Positions 51,901 through 60,900 of a stretch of 64,000 bases of DNA are shown here, piece after piece; position 1 is the first letter of the stretch, and the number at the start of each line of letters is the position of its first letter. The position numbers were made by a program, and so were the translations under genes. Source of the DNA: Amoebophrya sp. A120 (lineage: Eukaryota; Protista; Dinoflagellata); assembly GCA_905178155.1 (NCBI GenBank), contig CAJINV010000005.1:7122989-7186988 (forward strand), in the 5' to 3' direction. The notes under the pieces are model-generated. The model was not told the DNA's origin, did not search any database, and saw only the letters and a list, made by a program, of their open reading frames with translations.

Positions 51901-54900
51901 GCTAGAGCATGCGTCACAGACTTCAGGAGTCATGCTCTTTTGGCTGCATATAAGAAAAAAAAGTCCACCTATTTCAAGGGGCCGCACCCCGCTTTTTATG
52001 CCCGGCCCCGTTCCTGGCACACAGCGTGCTCCACGAGGCGGGCGCATAGACGGGCTCTTAGATCCGGCGACACTCATGTGGACATACTAAAGCTACATGA
52101 TGACAAACAAAAAATCCATCTTACAGCTACCGCTTCGCTTTGCAAGCACCGCAATCGAGGTAGTGCTGACCTGTTTTGTACCGTAATACGCAAATGTCTG
52201 ACAATTCAAAAAAACAAAACTATTTCATCTTCTCGTCGCCATCATAAGTACCTTAAGGTTCCGCACACCTCTATCTCTAGTTTCTTGTTGATTACTTCTC
52301 GCTCGTTCGGTCGCGCATGTGCGGTGCAGCCCGCTCAGAGTTTTTTGTTTTTCATGCGACTCTGCAGCCCTCACGCATAAATGTTTGCATGTTTCAAGTC
52401 CTTGGACTTTCATGGGCTCACGCACATCCGAGATCGGGGGGTGGGAGGGGGTCTCCAAGCAAGAAAAAAAATCCCCCCGAGTGGGAATCGGGAATAATAA
52501 AGTGCAAAGTGTGCATGACAAACCTTGCATCCTTCCAGACCCAGACATTTTTGCAAGTGATCAACGATTTCCGGGAAATGCAGCAGCTGATCCAAAGCCG
52601 GTGCTACAATCTATGGGACTTTCAAACGTTACATTCTCAACTGTTACATGATTTGTCATGCAAAACGAGCATCAACATCCACAAGGTGAAGCTGCTTCGC
52701 ATGACAAATTTTGCAAAGGCTAAATAGCACCTAAATCTGTGCGGAATTTGTAATGCTACAGGTGCAACCTCCCTGCTTTGACTTTTGCCGTTCTTGCATC
52801 ACGAATCCGTGTAACAGTTGAGAATGTAACAGCTGAGAACGCCATACAACCCGCGGGCGGGGCGGTACGAGACTGCGGAAGAAGAGGAGGACGTGCAAAA
52901 CGCTGTTCCTGTTGACGGTGACACCGACCAGACAAAATCTTCAAAAACGCAGTCCGAGGATGTTGATGCAGGAAAAAATGCCGTCGCAGTGGTCGCAGCG
53001 GGACAAGGCAGCCCAAGTAAGAACAAAGAGTCAAGAAGTTCTAAGGCGGATGCAGCAGCCGCGCAGCAGCAAACCTCTAATAGCTCTTGGTACTATCTGG
53101 AATACATCGGTTATGCGAAGAAAAAAGTGTTACAGTTAGTACACATTGTGTTGCGAGAGGACAAGCAAGACAGGCAACCTTTCTCATGCAGGAAATAATG
53201 CTTGCCAGCGTCATTTCATTTGTGCTTTCCCTTACAGTTGTCTGCGCATCACAGGTTTTCTATGCCATATGGAGCAAGAACTTTGTGATGCAGAATCTCC
53301 AACGAATGTGTAACTGCAGCATTTTTATTTTCGTGGGATATCGGCGGCGGCGTCTATTCCACCGGCGACAATGAATATTTCAACGAAAATGACATCCGCT
53401 TCCACTTTGTCGCCGACACTCTTCAGGATGACGACGAATTTAACCACTTGGACTACGACCCAACCGGGCGGAAAAAACGCCACAAAAAGCTCCGCTTGGA
53501 CATATGCATCGCAAATGCATCGTTCGTAGGAAAAATAATCGCATTACAAATTTTTCCAGAAACAAAAATAGAGAAGTTTGTCATGCTGCACAAGGTACAA
53601 CCGAAAGACATCTGTCATGCCCATGCGAGATTGCGATTATAACTACGAGTGCGATACAACTTTTCCACTGGATAGGAGAAGCACGCGTACAAAGTCCGGA
53701 AATTCGGCGCCGACAGCGTGATGGCTTATGAGATGAAGGGCGCGGCCGGTGCGAAGGGACGGCCCCGGGGCGGCATCGTGCCCGGCGCGCGGCCGGGGAG
53801 TGGGGGAGGGGCTGCTACTGGGATGAAAGGGATGAACAGCAAAGGAGCTGCAGAAAATGAAAATGACGAAGAGCTACAAGCGGATCATGAGCTGCAGCTC
53901 GCAGGTCATCCTGGTATGGGAGGGAAGAAAGGATCACTCTACGGCGGACCACCAGGAACATCTTCCAAGGGCAAAGGCAAACATCAGAACAACTTCCGGA
54001 CAACACCATCACAGCAGCAGCCACAAATGAACAAGCCTGCGGTCGTATCATTTGTAAAAACGTCCCCACCCCAGAGTTGTAATGTTAAAAATGTTTCTCA
54101 TGCGGAGACCCATGAGAAGCAGTTTCTTTTGGTGCTTTGCAATTTGTGATGCTCAAATACCCGTGGTATGCTAGCTCTGTGATGCTGCTGCAGTAGCTAA
54201 AGATGACTACATTGCGAGCCCAAATTTGTCATGCGCAACAGCCAAAGCCTGGTGATTTGTCTAGCAGAATTCCCATCTTGGCTCTGGGGTGGGGACGTTT
54301 TTGCTCACCATAGGTCGCTCTCGCAGCCGCTGCAGTAGATCCTGGCGAGTTTGGGGAGGATCAACTCGCGAAAGTGTATGAAGGTGTTGCGGGGGAAGCA
54401 GTGGACGAAAATGATTTTTTACCGGAAAGTAGAACTACATCAAGAAGTAGGCCGACGACGAATGGCGCTGGAACATATGGTGCCTCTTCTACGTCCGCTT
54501 TGAACTACGGTCACTTCGACTTGCCCGATGTGGAAGATTTTTACCACGGGATGTTGAACAGCGAAGATGAAGATCACTGCGACGATGATCAAGATTTTTC
54601 CGACTCAGATGCCGGCTCCACCTACTCCTTTCTCACCTCCACCTCCAACAACAGCTCGGACACGTCCGATTTCTCCCTGATAGGCAGCGATGAGGACGGG
54701 CAGGTCGTGCGCGACGTGGATAATCTATGAAATACAAATTTCCCGTACATGCACAAAATGCACGACAAATTTCGCTAACTACAGTGTCAAACTTGTCATG
54801 CTGAGTGAGGTTGAAGGCCAGTTTTGTCTTCATGCAGAGACAGCATTTGTACATCGTGTACGGGAAATTTACTGTGGATATAATCCAAATTTTGACGTGT

Positions 54901-57900
54901 CAAAAGTACCGGACACCTTACCCGCGTTGCTCCCGGAAAGGAATCTTGGGATCAAGAAGAGTTATGCACAGAAAAAAGCAGAGTTGCGGTTGAAGTATGA
55001 AAAGTCTTTGTCAACATCAACGAATTTCGTTGAAAATATTAAATGCAGCGACCACGACAAACAACAAGTTACTTCCTGGTCCGACAAGCTCACGCATTGG
55101 AGCCGCGTGACCCTCGAGCGCAAGAATGCGAAGACGCAGCGGCAGCTCGCCCGCAAGTTGAAGCGGGAGCGGCGAATCCGCGAAGCAAAGCAACTATCCT
55201 GTGCAAAAGTAATATCCTGCTCGTAGTAATCGCAATTTAATTATGCATGACAAATCTCTTCCTCAAGGTAAATCAGCATGAGAACAAATTCCTTTTGTCA
55301 TGCTTAGCAAATTTGTAATGCGGTTACTACTGCTAGTGCGATGCTTTTGCATTTCATAGCAGCGGGCGAAAAACCCGATGTGCTACGACTTGCGCACGTT
55401 TGGGGACTACATGCGGATGTATGGATGTGTCAGGATTGAAATCGACAAAGTTGAAATTACTATCTATTATATTCATGCGAAAGTAGAGGTCTACAGAGGA
55501 TAAAAGAGAGGTGGCCGAGAGGTCAAAAAGAGGCCGACAGAGGTAAAAAAGAGGTCGACAGAGGTGAAGAGGTGGCGCGGGAGGTCTTTCGAGAGGGAGA
55601 CCGAGAGGTGGCGCGAGTATAGCCCGCCGAAGGGTCCACCCTTTAGCGCCGCTGAAGCGCCTCGGAGGGTGCAGAGAGGTGGAAAGGAGGGCAAGCGAGA
55701 GGTGGGCAGAGGTGCCGAGAGGTTGCGCGAATAAGGCGGGACCTCTTGCGCACCCTCTCGGCGACCTCCCGGCCACCTCTGTAGCCCTCTGCCCGCGAGT
55801 ATAGCCCGACTATTAGCGGGGACCCCCGAGAGAGGTCAAAAAGAGGGGCCGCGAGAGGGTTCAAAAAACCCGAATCCGCCCGGCGCGCGGCCGATTTTTC
55901 TGGGGCTTTTTCATCGCGCAGGCCCACACCCTCTCGCGCTACCACCTCGCGCGCCCTCTCGCGCAGCCTCCCGCGTCACCCTCTCGCGCGTGATCAAAAA
56001 GGGACAGCGCGGCCCCCGTTCTATTTCAGTAGGCACCTACGCCGAGGCGGTTTCGCTTCGCCCCCAAGCTTCGTTGCGGCTGCTCCCTGCGCATAGCGCC
56101 GGAAGGCGCGGGAAGCGCGCAGGAAGCGCAGCGGGCTGAGATGACGCAAACCGCGCCGGTATTTCCCTCGAACTATCACGTCGCGCGCAAAGCCATGGTG
56201 TTGTTGCCCTGTCCGCAAATAGTCCTGCCCCGCCACAACAGCCGCTCGCCCCGGCGTCAGCCGGGGCATGGCTGGTAATTTGTAATGCATAAAATGCATG
56301 AGCCGAGGTACGTGTGTTGCAGAGCAGGCAAGTGAGGCCGATTGTGACCCTGTTTGGGGTTACAGCTCGAGCTGCTAAAGTAGCATGAGAAAATCGCTCT
56401 TCTTTGCCCAAACAGCATGACAAACTGGATTTAGGGACCACCGAAATTTGTCATGCGCCATTTGGCAACTGGGTTCCAATTGGCATCCATTTTATGCATT
56501 GCAAATTATTTCAACGCTGACGATTTCAAATCGGACGCTTCCATACGATGTGCAAAGAGATTATTGGTGAGGAAAAGAAGGAACTGAAGCGGAAGAAGTG
56601 GTACAAGCTGTGTCGAAAGGTGGTCCTGACCCGGGTTTTCAAACTCTGGAAAGGGGTGCAATTTCTGATCAGCACCGGAAAAATCCCGTCCCTCACCGAC
56701 GACGAGAGAGAGGAGAAAAAGCGCGAGATGAAAAAGGAAAAGGGGATACAAGAGCTGGAGAACGACGATGGTGCCGCTGGTTCGACAAGAACCACGATAG
56801 GTCTCTCACCAGCAAGCGGCAAGAGCGTTGCAAGTAGAGGACTACAACGTGGTCGGAAAAAAACCGAGAAGACGACTCCGAGAAGTACTTCTAGCGGGAA
56901 AAAGAGAAAGGTAAGGTTTGAAGATGAGGACGGAGATGAGAAGACCTCCAGCTCTCCTGGAGCTGTAGTATCCTCCGACGACGACTTACCGTCCGCGGCT
57001 TCAGAGAGGAGCAGCAGCAAAAATAGCAGCGATGAATCAAGCTCCACCAGTGACGAAGAATCTACATCGTCTGATGTTGACAGCTCAACGGGAGATTCGA
57101 AAAAGAAGAGGAAGAGCAAAGGAAAGATAACAAACGCAGACGGAACATCAACATCGACAGATTCTCAGCTGATGGGCCACGACCCTTCGCAAGGGATGAG
57201 CAATCGCGATGAAGATGAGAAACTGAAGGCGAGCGAAAGTACGGATCACCGAGACGCCGGGGGCTCTCTCGGCGGCACTGGGAATTACATGCACATGATT
57301 GGTTTGGACAACGTCTGCCGGTTTCGGCAAGCCCTGCAGCGAGTGATGAACAAATGCTCGCTGGCTACCGGGAACTACGTATCGGCGTACGTGAAAAAAC
57401 TGGAAGAGAAATTCGCGAAAGGGGAAATCGCAGCGGCGGGCGATGTATGCAATGCAAAAGCATCGCACCAGAGTATAGACTGCATTACAAATTGGCCCAG
57501 CATGATTGCAAATTGAATTTGTAACGCTGCTTCACCTTGAAAAAGCAATTTGTAATGCATAAATGCAATAGTAGTAGTACTACGAGTGCGATACTTTTGC
57601 GCAGGATACGATGAGGATCTCGAGGAGATCGTGGCCGGCGGTGGTGGAGAAGATTCACCAGCTCTTTTAGGAACGAGGAGGAATCCAAGCGACAAGAACG
57701 ACACACGACTTCTTACTCCAGAGGAGCTGAAAAGACTCGAGTCCGTATCCACTGTAAATTTTATCCTGTACATGTACAAGAAATGCTGTCTCTGCACGAC
57801 AAAACTTGCCTTGAATCGTAGTCAGCATGACAAGTTTGACACTCAAAGTTCGCGAAGTTTGTGATGCATTTTGTACATGTACGGGAGGGGAAATTTGTAT

Positions 57901-60900
57901 TGCATAGTCCGCAATTGCGTACGAGAAATTAAAGGGCACGATTCCCTGGCAGATGCGCACGAAGGCGACGCGGATGGACTTCGACGGCGAGAGCACGTTC
58001 GAGGAACTAGAGATATCAAATGCAAATATGTCTGGGTCAGGAAGAATGGAAGTTTGTCATGCTTGTCTGACATGACTCTCAAGTCTGTCATGCACGTTAC
58101 CCAAAAGCCCCACTTTTCTGTCATGCAGAAGCTCCCTTTGTCATGCAGAAAAGCCAAGACTGTAGCACCTCCAAAACTTCTCATGCTTGCCAGTCAATTG
58201 AGGCGTCCTGGTCTTTCTCAACCAGCATCACAAGTTTCCAGACCCAGACATTTTTGCAGTTCATAAGAGAGCCAGGGTTACCAAGTGTGCGAGGGTACGC
58301 TTTTTGGGACGAACGACGGGCTGTTTTCGATTACGGACAACGAAAGGATTCCGCGACTACCGTTGTCCATGACGTTTGAGGATCTGGCAAGGTTTCACAT
58401 TCCCGCCTGGCTGGAGCTCTTCAAAATCAAACAGCAATTTGGAAGCTGGTACGAATCCATGCGAGAATCCAACCAGTTTTCCCCCTTCGAACTCTCCCAG
58501 TACTGGAAACTGCACTGGCAAAAGTGCGTCAACCGACTGAACCAGCACTTCTGGATGTACGGGCTCAGCAAGGAGTGGTGGGAATTCTGCCTGTGTCAAG
58601 CGATCGAGCATTTGAAAGAACGGAAGCTGATCCATGCACACACGCGGGGACACGCCTACACCAAGCGGATTGCACTCTACTATCGCAAGCAGCACGCGGA
58701 AAAGAAAATCGACTGGACTTTGTGCGATCCGAGATCCTTCTATGCAAGACAAGGTCATTTTGATTTTCCCTGTACACGTACAAAATCAAAATGCATCTTC
58801 ACAAATTGCAACCCAAGATCAAGATGAACCACGTGGAGCATGCTGCTACCTGTCACGCTGAGCAGAATTCCTCGAATTGAAAGAAAAATTTGTCATGCAG
58901 AGATCGCATTTGCAGCTTTTGCACGTCGTGTACAGGAAGTTCATTATGTGGATACCATCCCCGAGCACCGGCTTTTACTTGTGAAGGAAGCCGTGCAGTT
59001 TGAGCAGAAATGGCAGTTGCACGTGAGGGAGGCAGAGCGAAGAGAGATCAGGCGCGAAAGCGGCTACAACGAGGGGGGAAAATTACCGGAGTTTGAATTC
59101 AGTTATGACCCGGAGTGGACGCCAGCTCCTCGTTCGACGATCCTCCGGGGCCGCCGGTCCTCGGGAAGTTTGAGTACAACGCAAGAGCAGCGACGCGAGA
59201 GTAGATTTCTGTTGCATGAAGATGAAGAAAGAAACGCAGCCTCGACAGCACACGAAGATGTGGGTCATCGTCGTGGCACTGAAATAAACAACTCCTCGGT
59301 AGCTCCTTACTCGCAAGAGCCACCAGAAGAAGTAGAGGATCAACGAGAACGAAGCGCCAGTACAAGTTCCACCGGAGCAGCAGCTGCATGTACTTCCTCA
59401 ACATTTGGCCCACCGTCTCAGCGCAGCAGCTCCACTCCGACGACCCCTCTGCTCGAAAAGTTTGTTTCAAAGTTGGAAGAGAAGAAAGACGCAAAAGACA
59501 AAGTAGAAGCCGCGCTGGCGAAAGAAAAGGAAATAAATCAAGTTCGAAAGGAAGAAGATGGGCGGGCGAAGACGAATTATCCGAGGAAAACGACGACTAC
59601 AACAGTGGAACACCACGACAAGGATGAAAATTCTGCAACTAATATTCCCTCTGCCCAGGAAATGTGGTACCAAGCTTTGCACCGGCGACCAGAGAAAGAA
59701 CAGGAGAAGCCTTTGCACCTGTATCCAGGGAAAAACAACCATTCCCATCCGTTTTATGCATGACAGACACTGGATTTTATGCCTTGTTTTGCATGACAAA
59801 CTGAATGGGGATGGTTTTTTTGTGGATAACCCGCGGTCGCTGCTGGATATCAATTTCCCGCTGACGGCGAATGAATATGGGAGTGCACAACTCCCCCTGG
59901 TTCGCCTTATTTGTAATGCGAAAGACCCAATCCACCTCTTGCTTTCAGGCACTGTTTGCATGACAAATTTTGGAACAACCTAAAACGGTGCTACAATTAT
60001 CCGTGTGCTGCAGATTTGTCATGCGAAAGGCCCATCTCTCCCGTTGCTTGTGTTGCTGCTCATGCACCTCAAATGAGGGGGAGGGGGAGTTGTGCACTTT
60101 CATAATGAATTCCACAGCATGGTACGGCGCGCGGTGCACATCCAGAACCCCGACACGGACAACTTTCCTCTCAATTTCACGAACTACACGACCTATGAGC
60201 TGCAAAAGCCTCGTACTAGGATAAAGTGCAATACAAATTACATCAGCATTACAAATTAAATTTGTAATGCGGTTTTGCCTCAAGAAAAAGATTTGTAATG
60301 CATAAAAGCAATTAGTACGAGTACGATACTTTTGCACAGGATACGACCTGCGAGAAGGTGAAATGGCGATCTGTGCCGGAAGACATCCGGAAAATTATCA
60401 AGGAGAAAAATCCCCCCTTCCCATAATATCAAAGCGGAAATCTGTGATGCAGATTTGTGGTCACAAAGCAGCTTTCTCATGCTAGGAGGGACGAGATGCG
60501 GACTGTAGTTCTGGGTGGCCTGGGAAGGCCTTGCATCTTCAGCATGACAGGAGGCAGCTGGAAGTGGGAAACAGCATGACAAATTGCCTGCAAGCGAGAC
60601 CACAGCTGCGGCTCGTGTTCTTGGCCTTCTGGCAAAACAAGTCGATTTGTGTACTCGTCAAATACAGCATCACAGATTTTGTTTCCGATACAGGGAGGAG
60701 GAGTTTTTCCTTTTGATAAAAATCATTCTGGAATGGGTGAAGCTCCAAGCGCCCATGTTTGTTTCCCACCGGGAATTATCAAATGAAAATATGTCTGGGT
60801 CTGGAAGAGTGAAACTTGTGATGCGCCTTTCAAAACACAGAAAAATCTCTCATGCATAGGTACTAGCAAAAGCTGCCCACTTTCTGTCGCCAAAATGGGG

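Noticed and set aside
21457-56545. Autonomous transposase within the long (0.8-1.2 kb) introners
   Set aside because: No ORF with recognisable DDE, tyrosine recombinase or reverse transcriptase motifs in any cargo
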